A stretch of DNA of 64,000 bases from an uncultured Candidatus Poseidoniales archaeon (GCA_902625885.1 CACODE010000004.1:40751-104750); one strand, 5' to 3'; positions 1 through 9,595 are shown, counted from the first letter of the stretch. Translations and numbers: made by a program. The notes: generated by a model not told the origin, from the letters alone.

Positions 1-69
1 TTTAACCGGGGGTAAGAATGATTCGTTACGTGTGATTGATTACCACACGACAGGGTTCCACGAATTGAA

Positions 70-255
70 TTACTTTTGAAGCAGTTCAAGGCGTCTTTCA
101 ATTTCCTTTTTGGATGCTTCCGATTTCTCGATTTCCATCTTGTGGTACTCTTCGTCTGTTAACTCACGGGAGCCAAGAATTAATTGCAAAAAATCATTTA
201 TGAAATAACCGCAGATGAAACTTCCAAGCATCAAGAATATTGTTTGCGGCTCCAT
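70..255 (-). CDS. small hypothetical protein (N-terminal hydrophobic segment, charged coiled-coil-like tail)
   Basis: 61-aa ORF lying 6 nt downstream of the ubiquitin-like gene on the same strand. No recognisable motif. Confidence 0.3.
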   Translation of the reverse strand: MEPQTIFLMLGSFICGYFINDFLQLILGSRELTDEEYHKMEIEKSEASKKEIERRLELLQK

Positions 256-261
256 AAGAAC

Positions 262-483
262 TCAACCGCCCGAGGAAATCGTCGTGACCAACAGCTCCAC
301 CGGCTGATGAAGCGGGGTGGCGTGGGGCAACACCGTGCCGTCGTGACTCACGATCACCATGGATGGATAGATGTCTGCGGCCTGCAGGGCCGCTCGTACG
401 GTGGCGCCCTTGTCAATGTCAACCGTGGTGTCGACGTCTTTCCCGTGAAAGCGCACCTGCATAACACGGCGACCAAACATCAT
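262..483 (-). CDS. ubiquitin-like beta-grasp protein (ThiS/MoaD/SAMP-like) ending in Gly-Gly
   Basis: About 73 aa starting at 'MMFGRRVMQVRFHGKDV...' and ending '...LLVTTISSGG*'. Small size and the C-terminal diglycine are typical of ThiS/MoaD/SAMP. The tracked ORF (to 585) would run through the tRNA-Ser, so an internal Met is used. Confidence 0.55.
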   Translation of the reverse strand: MMFGRRVMQVRFHGKDVDTTVDIDKGATVRAALQAADIYPSMVIVSHDGTVLPHATPLHQPVELLVTTISSGG

Positions 484-517
484 GCTTATGACCGTGGCGC
501 ATGAGGCGAGCAACAGA

Positions 518-600
518 GCCGAGGTCGCATAGCCCGGTATTGCGGTGGATTCGAAATCCACTGTCCCTTGGACGCGGGGGTTCAAATCCCTCTCTCGGCG
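518..600 (+). tRNA. tRNA-Ser (anticodon CGA), type II with long variable arm
   Basis: Hand-folded. Acceptor GCCGAGG/TCTCGGC (one G-U), anticodon stem GTGGA/TCCAC with loop TTCGAAA, variable arm GTCC-ctt-GGAC, T arm GGGGG-TTCAAAT-CCCTC. CCA is not encoded. Confidence 0.85.
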
Positions 601-606
601 CTCGTT

Positions 607-1362
607 CTAGATGTAAAAGGCATCATGCGAAGCCGTCATTTCCTTGACGAGGTCGTCCTTTGTTCCCGGTGCGATGCTTTGCAGTTTCTCTCGGAGCCAT
701 TCATCACCGTTGGTCGGTACGGTCAACCCGAAACCAAACCACTGCTCGACGTGTTCAATCAGCCGTTGGGAACTCATGATGTCGCCGCTGTTGCCGACGG
801 TTGTGGAAATGATGCAGGCCGAGTTGATGCCGTACAGCGGTCCGGAGGAGGCGAGAAGGGCAGCCAGGCCTATCGCACCCGATTTGGGTTTGTCTCGCCT
901 GACATCGACGCCGAGGGCCTCCATGTCAATGCGAAACGACGCCGAGCTGGCGACGGCAAACGTTTCTTTGTTTTCCGGGCTGTCAAACATACCGGCGAGC
1001 ACCAAGATGCTGGCGAGGTGTTCGTTTTCAAAAAAGGACAAGAGTTCGTTGGCGAGCAAGGATTGCTGACTGGGCTCGTTCGGCTGTGCCTGGCCGGTGA
1101 GCGTGATGAGTGGCGTGTCACCCTTTGTCTGAACCGATCGCAGGGACAGGTGTGGTGGAGCGAGCAGACCGTCTTCGTCCAACACCGCATGAGGCGGAAG
1201 ACCGACTGGATGAAGTCGGGCCAATTCGATCGAATCATGAAGTTCGCAAATTGAGTCTATGGCGACTTTGCCAACATTACCGACGCCCGGGAACGCTACA
1301 AGGGCCGTTGCGCCCGTTGGCAGGCTCGTGTTTCCATTTCGCCATTCAACTCGCATGGTCAT
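607..1362 (-). CDS. PAC2-family proteasome assembly chaperone (PbaA/PbaB-like)
   Basis: N-terminal 'LVAFPGVGNVGKVAIDSI' is typical of the PAC2 family. The C-terminus '...AFYI' fits a HbYX proteasome-docking motif. Sits in the conserved archaeal position after nop10. Confidence 0.65.
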   Translation of the reverse strand: MTMRVEWRNGNTSLPTGATALVAFPGVGNVGKVAIDSICELHDSIELARLHPVGLPPHAVLDEDGLLAPPHLSLRSVQTKGDTPLITLTGQAQPNEPSQQSLLANELLSFFENEHLASILVLAGMFDSPENKETFAVASSASFRIDMEALGVDVRRDKPKSGAIGLAALLASSGPLYGINSACIISTTVGNSGDIMSSQRLIEHVEQWFGFGLTVPTNGDEWLREKLQSIAPGTKDDLVKEMTASHDAFYI

Positions 1363-1386
1363 GAAGGGCTAAACCCGTCAACACGC

Positions 1387-1398
1387 GCTATAATGTTT
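1387..1398 (-). promoter_or_regulatory. possible archaeal TATA element upstream of the PAC2-family gene
   Basis: The minus strand reads 'AAACATTATAGCG' about 30 nt upstream of the ATG at 1362. Confidence 0.25.
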
Positions 1399-1451
1399 CA
1401 CCTTGCCTGAGGGGGACGGACGATGTTTTCGGCCGGTTTGAAAAGCGCCAC

Positions 1452-1676
1452 TTATTCCTCTTCTTGGGAGAGATTGGCCTGCATTTCCTCAAGGCTTGGT
1501 AGGGTTGAGAGGTTGCTTGGCCAGTCCGCACTTTCAACGTCGTTCATTTTTCTTCGAAGCGAAGCTCGGTGGTCCTCTGGCGACCATTTGAGAGGTGCAG
1601 CGGCTTGTGCACGCTCGCCACACTCTGGACAGACGGTCATTAGGGAGAATGCGCCGCACGTCAGGCATTGTTGCAT
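1452..1676 (-). CDS. nop10: H/ACA RNP protein Nop10
   Basis: 'MQQCLTCGAFSLMTVCPECGERAQAAAPLKWSPEDH' gives a CxxC...CxxC zinc ribbon plus the Nop10 core, directly downstream of aIF2-alpha. The tracked ORF start (1784) overlaps aIF2-alpha, so the internal Met is used. Confidence 0.8.
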   Translation of the reverse strand: MQQCLTCGAFSLMTVCPECGERAQAAAPLKWSPEDHRASLRRKMNDVESADWPSNLSTLPSLEEMQANLSQEEE

Positions 1677-1695
1677 GCGTTGCCTCGCCACGAAA

Positions 1696-2484
1696 TCACT
1701 CCCTCTCTGCCGTGGCTTCTCCACCTGCGGCGACCATGCAGTCAACAACCGCTTGGGTCGCTTGCTCCCACATGGACTCTGCAATCTTGAAATCAGGCGC
1801 CTTCAGTTCAATACGGTAGGACGGCGCACCATCGTAGAAACACTTCACGTCGATTTCTTCGGCTTCGTTGGAAAAGGCTTCGGCGGCCTCAAGGGCGTTG
1901 CGTATCACGGAAACGCCGTCCGTGACATTGATGCTGAGTGTCAATGAACCTCGAACTTCAACAAACGGTGGAATGATGTTTTCCACGGCGATCTCGACGA
2001 AAGGCGCCAGCCAATCACCCTCAAAACCGGCATTCTCGAGGGATCCTTCCTGCATGGCTGCGTCTTCAAAAGCGGTGTAAAGGCTTCCAAAGGCGTCAAG
2101 GAGTTCTGAAGAGAGTTCTGTTACCCGGTCTTCGCTCCAGCCGACTTTTTCTCCAAGCACCTTCAGCAATTGGTTGGCCCGCTGTTCGTTTTTCCATTCC
2201 TGCAATCGATCCCTGCGGCGTTCTTCTGAGACGGATTTCAACGAGAGTTCAAGCGAAGTGCCGTCCCTACGAGTCCGCATGACCTTGCAGATGACGCGTT
2301 GACCTTCGCGGACGAATCCACGGATGTTTTTGACCCAGCCGGATGCGATTTCACCAATGAAAATGAAACCCTCGGTACCCTCGTATTCGTCAAGGTCAAC
2401 GTAAGCCCCGTTTTGTTTCACGTTGGTGATGGTAGCAACCACCAACTCCCCTTCTTCGGGTGTTGCACCTTCTTGTGTGACCAT
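1696..2484 (-). CDS. eif2a: translation initiation factor aIF2 alpha subunit
   Basis: 262 aa with an N-terminal S1/OB domain ('GELVVATITNVKQNGAYVDLDEYEGTEGFIFIGEIASGWVKNIRGFVREGQRVICKV') and a typical aIF2-alpha layout. Confidence 0.9.
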   Translation of the reverse strand: MVTQEGATPEEGELVVATITNVKQNGAYVDLDEYEGTEGFIFIGEIASGWVKNIRGFVREGQRVICKVMRTRRDGTSLELSLKSVSEERRRDRLQEWKNEQRANQLLKVLGEKVGWSEDRVTELSSELLDAFGSLYTAFEDAAMQEGSLENAGFEGDWLAPFVEIAVENIIPPFVEVRGSLTLSINVTDGVSVIRNALEAAEAFSNEAEEIDVKCFYDGAPSYRIELKAPDFKIAESMWEQATQAVVDCMVAAGGEATAERE

Positions 2485-2499
2485 GGAGGCTCAGCCTCC

Positions 2500-2670
2500 T
2501 CAATTCAGGGCTTCAACAACGGTGCATCCGACGAGATCGGCTTTTCCACCGGACGGTTTTGTGAGCGTTGCACTGCAGACGGTGCAAGCGATGGCGGTGG
2601 TTGAGCGTGAAAAAATGATGGATTCACTGCCGCAATCCCGGCAGCTGACTCTAAAGAAGTAATTGGGCAT
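2500..2670 (-). CDS. rps27e: 30S ribosomal protein S27e
   Basis: 'MPNYFFRVSCRDCGSESIIFSRSTTAIACTVCSATLTKPSGGKADL' shows the C4 zinc ribbon of S27e. The tracked ORF is over-extended and overlaps L44e. Confidence 0.85.
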   Translation of the reverse strand: MPNYFFRVSCRDCGSESIIFSRSTTAIACTVCSATLTKPSGGKADLVGCTVVEALN

Positions 2671-2680
2671 GTTGGGCACC

Positions 2681-2965
2681 TCAGCGGTCGACAAGTTCGA
2701 ATTTCTTGGCCCGCTTGCACGGGGCGTAGTGGGCTTTTCCGGTCTCTGTGCACCGGTAGAGAATGTTGACCCGCTTGGTGGGTTTTTCACGACCGTCGGG
2801 TTTTGGACGAGGGAAACCCCTGTAACCGGCCATGACCCGACGGAAACGTCGCTGACCCCATCGAAGTTCGGAGGCTCGCTTTTTCTTGACGCGCTCAACG
2901 GTGTGAAGCGTGTGCTTGCCAGCGGACGGGCTGTAGCGCATAACTTGACGGGGTCGCTTCACCAT
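2681..2965 (-). CDS. rpl44e: 50S ribosomal protein L44e
   Basis: 'MVKRPRQVMRYSPSAGKHTLHTVERVKKKRASELRWGQRRF...LYRCTETGKAHY' is 94 aa from the internal Met, with a GGTG Shine-Dalgarno-like element upstream. Confidence 0.85.
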   Translation of the reverse strand: MVKRPRQVMRYSPSAGKHTLHTVERVKKKRASELRWGQRRFRRVMAGYRGFPRPKPDGREKPTKRVNILYRCTETGKAHYAPCKRAKKFELVDR

Positions 2966-3067
2966 GTGAACACCTAAGCATTCACCCCACCAAGGTCGGG
3001 TATTTAGCCCCTCCGCTAGACGTTTTGGCCTTAACCGGTCCACTGCGTTGTCTTCATAGGCATTCTC

Positions 3068-3073
3068 TATAAA
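3068..3073 (+). promoter_or_regulatory. TATA box candidate (TATAAA) for the 3096 gene
   Basis: TATAAA lies 23-28 nt upstream of the ATG at 3096, with 'GAGGAGGT' in between. Spacing would fit a leaderless or short-leader transcript. Confidence 0.3.
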
Positions 3074-3095
3074 TCGAGGAGGTCAGCAAGCCATC

Positions 3096-3893
3096 ATGGA
3101 AGAGGCGACGCAGGCCTTCGTTTTCTTCTGGCTCGCAGGGCTTTTTTTGTTGTTCGGCTTCATGCTGTCTTTCTTTTCGAAGGTCCATTGGCAGCGAAGG
3201 GCCGGTTTGTTTCTGTTTGGGACAGGTCTGCTATCACTGATGGCCACACCATGGACGCTTCCTTTTTCGCCGTCGAGTGCTTTTGGCCATCTCTTGGGAA
3301 GCTTGATTGGACCGTCGGTGCTCCTGGGCGTGGGTTTCTACCAGATCACCTTCTCGGGAAATGTGCCGGTCGGCAAACTTGGGCCTGGTGAGAGAAAAAT
3401 TGGCTTCGTCATGGTCGTTGGCGGTGTTTTGTGGTTGCAGGGCATGCATTGGTGGCACCTGACACCGACCTATCCGGACGAAGTCAACCGCTACTGGTTC
3501 ATCTTTTGGCCAACGATGCTGCTGGGAGTTTTGGCGATATCAAGTGGCGCATATGGCGTCCTCGCTATGGTTGGTGCGCAGCGACAAAAAGAACAACGGC
3601 TGATGGGCGGCGTGGCCTTCTTCGCCTTGTATTCAATTTTGGTCGGCGCCTTCTTTGATGGGCCAAACGTTCACAGCGAGCGCTTTGTGAGTCAAGTCTT
3701 CCTTGCCGCCGCAGATGTCTTTGGGGCGCTTGTGGGTGCATTGTTTGCTGTCCTGGTGTTTGCTCTTGTACTGGTCGTCTACGAAAGGCAACAACCAGAC
3801 CCGGACCGCCTCGAACCTCCAAACGCTGAACAGCTCACGCAAGCCAGCCGGATGATTGCGCAACAGATGGAAGGTGGTGATGAGGATGAATAA
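3096..3893 (+). CDS. polytopic membrane protein, unknown function
   Basis: 265 aa with about 7 hydrophobic helices and an acidic C-terminus. Confidence 0.5.
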   Translation: MEEATQAFVFFWLAGLFLLFGFMLSFFSKVHWQRRAGLFLFGTGLLSLMATPWTLPFSPSSAFGHLLGSLIGPSVLLGVGFYQITFSGNVPVGKLGPGERKIGFVMVVGGVLWLQGMHWWHLTPTYPDEVNRYWFIFWPTMLLGVLAISSGAYGVLAMVGAQRQKEQRLMGGVAFFALYSILVGAFFDGPNVHSERFVSQVFLAAADVFGALVGALFAVLVFALVLVVYERQQPDPDRLEPPNAEQLTQASRMIAQQMEGGDEDE

Positions 3894-4347
3894 ATCGCAC
3901 CCTTTGATGGTCCTGGCCCGGTTGGGGACGTTTGTTTTGTTTCCGCTTTTGGTGGTGTTGTCCGCTGTTTGGTGGTTCAAGGGCGCTTCTGGTGAAGGCA
4001 TGTTGGTTCGGTTTGTAAACGCCCTTCTGACCTCTTTCACCCTCACGAGCTTTGTGCTTTTGTTCACCCTCTTTGTCTACGGCGATGCTCGAAAAAGGCC
4101 GACAGCGCCGCTTTTCGGGATGTGCCTTAGCGGCTTTATCGGCGCTGGTCTGACCGTTTATTTCCTTTCCCAAGGAGAGCTCCTGATGGAGGACAACGGC
4201 TCGGTCAGGGCACAGGCGCTGTCGAACATCATTCGGTTTGGCACGACCATGATCGGTTTGGGATTGGCGGGCATGGTGGTGGCCGGCGCATTGTTTTCCA
4301 GCGTAATGAGCGGACCACGAAACACAATTCTGTTTGAAGAGGAATAA
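3886..4347 (+). CDS. membrane protein, unknown function
   Basis: Four or so hydrophobic helices. Start taken at 'MNKSHPLMVL', overlapping the upstream stop by 8 nt. Confidence 0.5.
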   Translation: MNKSHPLMVLARLGTFVLFPLLVVLSAVWWFKGASGEGMLVRFVNALLTSFTLTSFVLLFTLFVYGDARKRPTAPLFGMCLSGFIGAGLTVYFLSQGELLMEDNGSVRAQALSNIIRFGTTMIGLGLAGMVVAGALFSSVMSGPRNTILFEEE

Positions 4348-4416
4348 AATCCGACGATAGCCGTGCCGCTGATTTCATAAGGGGGCGGCCGGTGGGCGAG
4401 TCGTTCAGGTGAGGTC

Positions 4417-4596
4417 ATGTCAAAAGGTACACCGTCCATGGGCCGTCGACAAAAGACGACCCACATACGCTGCCGACGCTGTGGCCGCAACGCCTACCAC
4501 AAGCAAAAAAGGGTCTGCGCAGCCTGCGGCTTTGGCCAAACCACAAGAATGCGAAGGTACAGTTGGTCCAAGAAGTCTCATCGACCCAAGCAGTGA
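4417..4596 (+). CDS. rpl37e: 50S ribosomal protein L37e
   Basis: Hand translation gives [59 protein letters not shown] (59 aa, CxxC...CxxC). Below the 60-aa cutoff, so absent from the ORF track. Confidence 0.85.
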   Translation: MSKGTPSMGRRQKTTHIRCRRCGRNAYHKQKRVCAACGFGQTTRMRRYSWSKKSHRPKQ

Positions 4597-4654
4597 TGTT
4601 GTTCCATCGCAACGATAAGAAGCGACCTCGGATTGGTTGGAACGAGGCAAACGC

Positions 4655-6196
4655 ATGTGCGGCATCTTGGGAATCGTTGGTCAACAAGGTTCTCACGTGA
4701 ACCAACTGATTTACGACGGCCTGACCGTTCTCCAACATCGCGGCCAAGATGCAGCGGGAATTCTGACGGACAAGGATGGGCATTTCCGATTGAGAAAATC
4801 AAACGGGCTGGTCGCTGATGTGTTCTACAAGCGGCACATGTTGCGCCTTGAGGGCAACGTTGGAATTGGCCATGTCAGGTACCCAACAGCCGGCTCATCA
4901 TCGCGTGCAGAAGCCCAACCTTTCTACGTCAATTCGCCCTACGGCATCGCTCTTGCCCACAACGGCAACCTGACCAATGCTGAGGAGTTGGGCCGTTTCC
5001 TGAGGGACGATTGCATGCGACACATCAACACGACCAGCGATTCCGAGTTACTGCTGAATGCGCTCGCCGTTGAATTGGGAGAGCGAAGCAGCGCTCTGCG
5101 AATCGAGGGGCAACCCCATATGAACATCGAGACGGTTTTTGGTGCCATCAGTGCAGTCAATAAGCGGGTCCGCGGTGGTTACGCTTGTGTATCGGTGATT
5201 TCCGGCTACGGTCTGCTGGCGTTCCGGGACCCGAACGGTATCCGTCCGTTGGTCTATGGCAAGCGTGAATCGGACGGCCAGACGGAATACATTGTGGCCA
5301 GTGAAAGCGTCGCCATCACGGCTCTGGGCTTTGAGATCGTTCGGGACGTGTTGCCCGGAGAAGCGGTGTTCATCAGTTCCTCCGGCCATCTCTTCAGCAG
5401 GCAATGCTCCGAGCCGCAGAGTTACTCACCCTGCATTTTCGAGCACGTCTATTTCGCCCGCCCGGATTCCGTCATCGACGGCATGTCGGTTTACCAATCG
5501 CGCCTGAATCAGGGACAGCGCTTGGCTGAACGGTTGCTGGAATCGTGGCCAGATCACGACGTTGATGTCGTCATTCCAATCCCAGATTCAGGCAGAATCG
5601 CAGCACTTCAATTGGCGAAAACCCTTGGCGTCTCCTACAGGGAGGGGTTTGTCAAGAATCGGTATGTCGGCCGCACGTTCATCATGCCGGGCCAAGCCTT
5701 GCGCGAAAAATCCGTTCGAAAGAAGCTTAACGCCATCCAACACGAGTTCAAAGGAAAGAACGTTCTTCTTGTTGACGATTCCATCGTTCGTGGCACCACC
5801 AGTGCAAAAATCATTCAGATGGCCCGTGATGTTGGAGCGAAAAAGGTGTATTTTGCATCGGCCGCACCACCCGTCCGCCATCCAAACGTGTACGGTATCG
5901 ACATGCCGGCGGTCAACGAATTCATTGCCGACGGTAGGACCATTGAAGAAATCAGCAACACCATCGGCAGCGATCGACTCTTCTACCAGTCGCTGGACGA
6001 TTTGGTGGAAGTGACCCAACAACCGGGGTCTGAGGTGTCCACGTTTGAATCCAGTTGCTTTGATGGTGTTTACATCACCGGCGACATCGACGAACATTAC
6101 CTGAAGAAACTTGACGACGCCCGAAATGATGGAGCAAAAGGCCAATCCCATGTTGACGATGCGGTCATTGACCTGCACAACGACGACGCCGCATGA
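4655..6196 (+). CDS. purF: amidophosphoribosyltransferase
   Basis: 'MCGILGIVG' Ntn-amidotransferase start, plus the PRPP-binding '[13 protein letters not shown]'. Confidence 0.9.
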   Translation: MCGILGIVGQQGSHVNQLIYDGLTVLQHRGQDAAGILTDKDGHFRLRKSNGLVADVFYKRHMLRLEGNVGIGHVRYPTAGSSSRAEAQPFYVNSPYGIALAHNGNLTNAEELGRFLRDDCMRHINTTSDSELLLNALAVELGERSSALRIEGQPHMNIETVFGAISAVNKRVRGGYACVSVISGYGLLAFRDPNGIRPLVYGKRESDGQTEYIVASESVAITALGFEIVRDVLPGEAVFISSSGHLFSRQCSEPQSYSPCIFEHVYFARPDSVIDGMSVYQSRLNQGQRLAERLLESWPDHDVDVVIPIPDSGRIAALQLAKTLGVSYREGFVKNRYVGRTFIMPGQALREKSVRKKLNAIQHEFKGKNVLLVDDSIVRGTTSAKIIQMARDVGAKKVYFASAAPPVRHPNVYGIDMPAVNEFIADGRTIEEISNTIGSDRLFYQSLDDLVEVTQQPGSEVSTFESSCFDGVYITGDIDEHYLKKLDDARNDGAKGQSHVDDAVIDLHNDDAA

Positions 6197-6247
6197 CGCT
6201 CATCTTCATAACCGAGTGCTTTAGAACAACAAGCCCGACCTCATGTC

Positions 6248-7873
6248 ATGGTCTTGACGCGAACGGCGGCACCCCTGGTTCGTCCAGAGCAGAAGGTTCG
6301 CCATCTTGCGCTTGATGAATCGGGCGACACCGTGGCTTGGGTAGAGGGCGGAAAGACCGTGTTTTTGGCCAGACTTGACGGTACGGGTCGGGCATCAACC
6401 GTTTCAACATTTGAAACCGAACACGCCGTTTCCTGTCTCGTTTTTCACCGTTCCCGGCTGGTTGTTGGCGACGACTTGGCGTCGCTATCGTTTCACGACC
6501 TCGAGGGAAACATGCTCGAGAAGCAGGAAATTGACGGGGGCGTTCAAGCCTGCAAGATGATGGGACTGCGCCTTGCTGTTCTCTCCGGCATGGGGGAGGT
6601 GTTCCTGGCCCAATTCGAACGTGAACCCCAAAACCTCTCTCGACACCATGACCTTGGCGATGTCGTCCACCTAACGGTTCATGCCGACCGCATGTTCGTG
6701 GCGGACCAGGGAGGCCAAGTGCTGTCAATGACGGCTTCTGAAGTGCTTTGGCGTCGTCAGGTTCGGGGGGAGCACGGTGAGCGAATCACCGGAATGGGCT
6801 CCACGAACAACGGGCGTCTCTTCCTAACTCGCGAGGGACACGCTCTGGTCGCCGGTGATGAGGAGGCGATAGAGTTTGAATTGTGGAATCACGATGCGCT
6901 CGTTTGCAGGATTGATGTGAGTAAGCGACTTCTTACATCATCGCCAACAAGCGAAGGCGCCGTGCTCGGCTTTGACGACGGTTCCGTATGTCGCCTGAGC
7001 GAGGAGGGGGTCATGGAAACCGCCTTCGAAACGGCATATCCCGTGTTTTCCTGCCTTCAACACGGTGCGCACCTTGTCGCCAGTTCGTGGTTTTACATAC
7101 ACGGCGAGGCCAACGATGGTGTTTGGAAAATTGAGCATCAGGGCATGCCCCAGATGTTGTGTCTTCACGCTGAAAAGGGCCTTCTGGTGTTTGCAGGTGA
7201 TGATCAAAACGACTACACCAGCCCGGAACCTATCGGTATCATTGACCTGAAAGAAATGGCCTATATCGTCGATGATGCCGACCTTTCAGCCTGGTTTCAG
7301 ATGGAAAATTCCAAACCTCCACCCACAGCAGAAGAGCTCTACGCAAAAAGCGATGAGGTGTACAACCTCTTGTCGGATGACGAAAGAGCATCCATGGCGA
7401 ACCCCGAAGGTATCGAAGTGTCCTCCGAAGTCTTGTTGGCGGCTTTGGAAGCCGAAACGACGTCCTCAGAAGTTCCTGCAGCCATCATTGATGAGCAAGA
7501 CCTGCTCTTGGCGCTGGAAAACAACGAGTCCCTTTCCGATGAAGAGAGTGAGCAACTTATGGATGCGTTGAACGCCTCGGTGAGCGAGGTCATCCCGCCC
7601 CGTGCGATTGCGGGTGATGACCAGCGGCACACGGCGGACGATGATGGAACGTGCCTCGTCCTGCTCGACGGTCGAGGCTCGTTTGACCCGCAGGGGCGAA
7701 TCGTTCGATGGTCTTGGCACGACGCACGTGGCCAGGAACTTTCGGCATCGGCCCAATTGCGGTTAAAATTGCCCGTTGGCAACCACCGTTTTGAGTTGCG
7801 AGTCGTTGACAGTGAAGGCTCGTGGACCACTGATTCCCTATCCGTTCGCATCCTTGATGGCCTAACCTCATGA
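6248..7873 (+). CDS. beta-propeller-like protein with acidic linker and C-terminal PKD/Ig-like domain
   Basis: The N-terminal ~330 aa have repeated beta-strand blades. An acidic linker follows, then a C-terminal segment '...LLDGRGSFDPQGRIVRWSWHD...HRFELRVVDSEGSWTTDSLSVRI' that is PKD-like. Confidence 0.45.
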   Translation: MVLTRTAAPLVRPEQKVRHLALDESGDTVAWVEGGKTVFLARLDGTGRASTVSTFETEHAVSCLVFHRSRLVVGDDLASLSFHDLEGNMLEKQEIDGGVQACKMMGLRLAVLSGMGEVFLAQFEREPQNLSRHHDLGDVVHLTVHADRMFVADQGGQVLSMTASEVLWRRQVRGEHGERITGMGSTNNGRLFLTREGHALVAGDEEAIEFELWNHDALVCRIDVSKRLLTSSPTSEGAVLGFDDGSVCRLSEEGVMETAFETAYPVFSCLQHGAHLVASSWFYIHGEANDGVWKIEHQGMPQMLCLHAEKGLLVFAGDDQNDYTSPEPIGIIDLKEMAYIVDDADLSAWFQMENSKPPPTAEELYAKSDEVYNLLSDDERASMANPEGIEVSSEVLLAALEAETTSSEVPAAIIDEQDLLLALENNESLSDEESEQLMDALNASVSEVIPPRAIAGDDQRHTADDDGTCLVLLDGRGSFDPQGRIVRWSWHDARGQELSASAQLRLKLPVGNHRFELRVVDSEGSWTTDSLSVRILDGLTS

Positions 7874-7889
7874 AGGAGTCCTTGTTGGG

Positions 7890-8648
7890 ATGACCATGGC
7901 CATGGGCGAACCTTGGATTGACCACTTCGTTGTTGGACCGCTTCAAATGCGATGTTCTGTTCTGACCGATCCAGCGACGGGCGACACGGTCATCATTGAC
8001 GGTGGCGATGAAACCGGACGCATCATTGACTGGATTGACGGGTTTGAAGGGCCCGGGCCAGACTGGACCAGCGGTCCCAAAAACAAGGCTACTGCCGACT
8101 CCATGCCAAAGAGAAAAGTTGTGGCGCTTGTCAACACGCATGCCCATTTTGACCACAGCGGTTTCATCCCGGACTTGAAAGCCCGTTATGGGGTGGATTG
8201 GTACCTTCACCCGGACGATTTCTACCTGCAAACACTTGTTCAGGCCTCCGCACGAAAGTACGGTTTGCGGTTACCTGAACCGGCCGTCGCCGACCAAGAA
8301 CTGTTGCCTGACAGGACCTATGAATTCGGTAGCATCAACTTGGAAGTGTTTCACACACCTGGCCATTCCTTGGGCAGTTGCAGCTTGTTGTTGAGGGTTG
8401 AAAACGGCGCCGACCATGTGTTTGTTGGCGACGTTCTTTTCGCCGGATCGGTGGGGAGAACCGATATTCCAAACTCCGGAGGAGATTTTGAAATGCTGGC
8501 CCGCTCCATACACACGCATCTCTGGCCGTTGGAGGATTCAACCGTTGTTCACACGGGTCACGGCCCGATTACCACCATCGGCTACGAGAAGCGAACCAAC
8601 CCGTTTGTGGGGGAACCTGCACGCCGAGGCGGCATGGTTGGTTTCTAG
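7890..8648 (+). CDS. MBL-fold metallo-hydrolase (glyoxalase II-like)
   Basis: HxHxDH motif in 'NTHAHFDHSG', with downstream 'HTPGHSLGS' and 'GDVLFAGSVGRTD'. Confidence 0.8.
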   Translation: MTMAMGEPWIDHFVVGPLQMRCSVLTDPATGDTVIIDGGDETGRIIDWIDGFEGPGPDWTSGPKNKATADSMPKRKVVALVNTHAHFDHSGFIPDLKARYGVDWYLHPDDFYLQTLVQASARKYGLRLPEPAVADQELLPDRTYEFGSINLEVFHTPGHSLGSCSLLLRVENGADHVFVGDVLFAGSVGRTDIPNSGGDFEMLARSIHTHLWPLEDSTVVHTGHGPITTIGYEKRTNPFVGEPARRGGMVGF

Positions 8649-8659
8649 AACCGGGTGTA

Positions 8660-9586
8660 TCATCCCATCATGCCTTTGAGGCTCTCGTGGAGAACAGGCA
8701 GGGCTTCTTCCCAAGTAGCGACAATACCGTAGTCTGCGTGTTGGAAAATCGGGGCGTCAGCGTCTTTGTTGATGGCCACGATGTATTTCGATGACCTCAT
8801 GCCCGCCAGGTGTTGAATGGCTCCTGAGATACCCACTGCGATGTAGAGGTTGGGGTTGACCGTCTTGCCGGTTTGCCCCACCTGCATGGCGTGAGGTATG
8901 GCTTCCCAAGTGTCGACGGCGGCTCGCGAAGCCCCGACGGCAGCACCAATGGTATCGGCCACGGCTTCAAGGTGAGCGAAGTTTTCAGGTGAACCCATAC
9001 CACGGCCGCCCGAAATGACGATGTTTGCTTCAGAAACATCGAGGCGTTCGGAGGCTCTGGCCATGAATTCCTGGACGGAGGTAGCGACATCGCCATCGGT
9101 ATCGATGACCGTTACATCACCGGCGCCGCCGGTGGCGGCTGCAAACACGTTTGAACGGACCGATATGACGACCGGACCTGTTGCGGCGACCGTCTGCATG
9201 GCTTTGCCGCTGTAGACGGGGGACGTGATGTTGCTGCCTTCAATACTCACAGCGTCTTGAACCACGGCGATGTTGCGACGAGCGGCGAGTCTTGCCGCCA
9301 TGTCCTTTGACTGGGGGCTGGCGCTGGTGATGATCGTTCCCTGAGGCACAACTGCGTCGAGGGCCGTTGCCCAAGCGCTGGCGTCGTAATGGGTGAAGGC
9401 GGCTGATTTGGCGGCGATGATGCTACCTGCTCCCATGCCCTGTGCACCACTGGCGTGAGAGGCGTCGGTGCAAGGGACAACCAGTGTTGGTTCCCCTCCA
9501 AACGTTTTCGCAGCGCTGACGAGTTCAGCGGTGCTTGGGTGTACGGCGTTGTTGTTCATTTCTGCAATTACTATTGTTTGTGTCAT
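8660..9586 (-). CDS. etfA: electron transfer flavoprotein alpha subunit
   Basis: C-terminal FAD-binding region 'GGRGMGS...VGASRAAVD...QVGQTGKTVNPNLYIAVGISGAIQHLAGM'. Confidence 0.85.
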   Translation of the reverse strand: MTQTIVIAEMNNNAVHPSTAELVSAAKTFGGEPTLVVPCTDASHASGAQGMGAGSIIAAKSAAFTHYDASAWATALDAVVPQGTIITSASPQSKDMAARLAARRNIAVVQDAVSIEGSNITSPVYSGKAMQTVAATGPVVISVRSNVFAAATGGAGDVTVIDTDGDVATSVQEFMARASERLDVSEANIVISGGRGMGSPENFAHLEAVADTIGAAVGASRAAVDTWEAIPHAMQVGQTGKTVNPNLYIAVGISGAIQHLAGMRSSKYIVAINKDADAPIFQHADYGIVATWEEALPVLHESLKGMMG

Positions 9587-9595
9587 GTGTTCACC

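Noticed and set aside
29-49. 6-bp inverted repeat CGTGTG-n9-CACACG downstream of the 70..255 ORF
   Set aside because: It is too short and weak, and it sits at the window edge. It cannot be told apart from chance.
568-1254. 228-aa plus-strand ORF opposite the PAC2-family gene
   Set aside because: It starts inside the tRNA-Ser and is antisense to a gene with family-typical motifs in a conserved cluster position.
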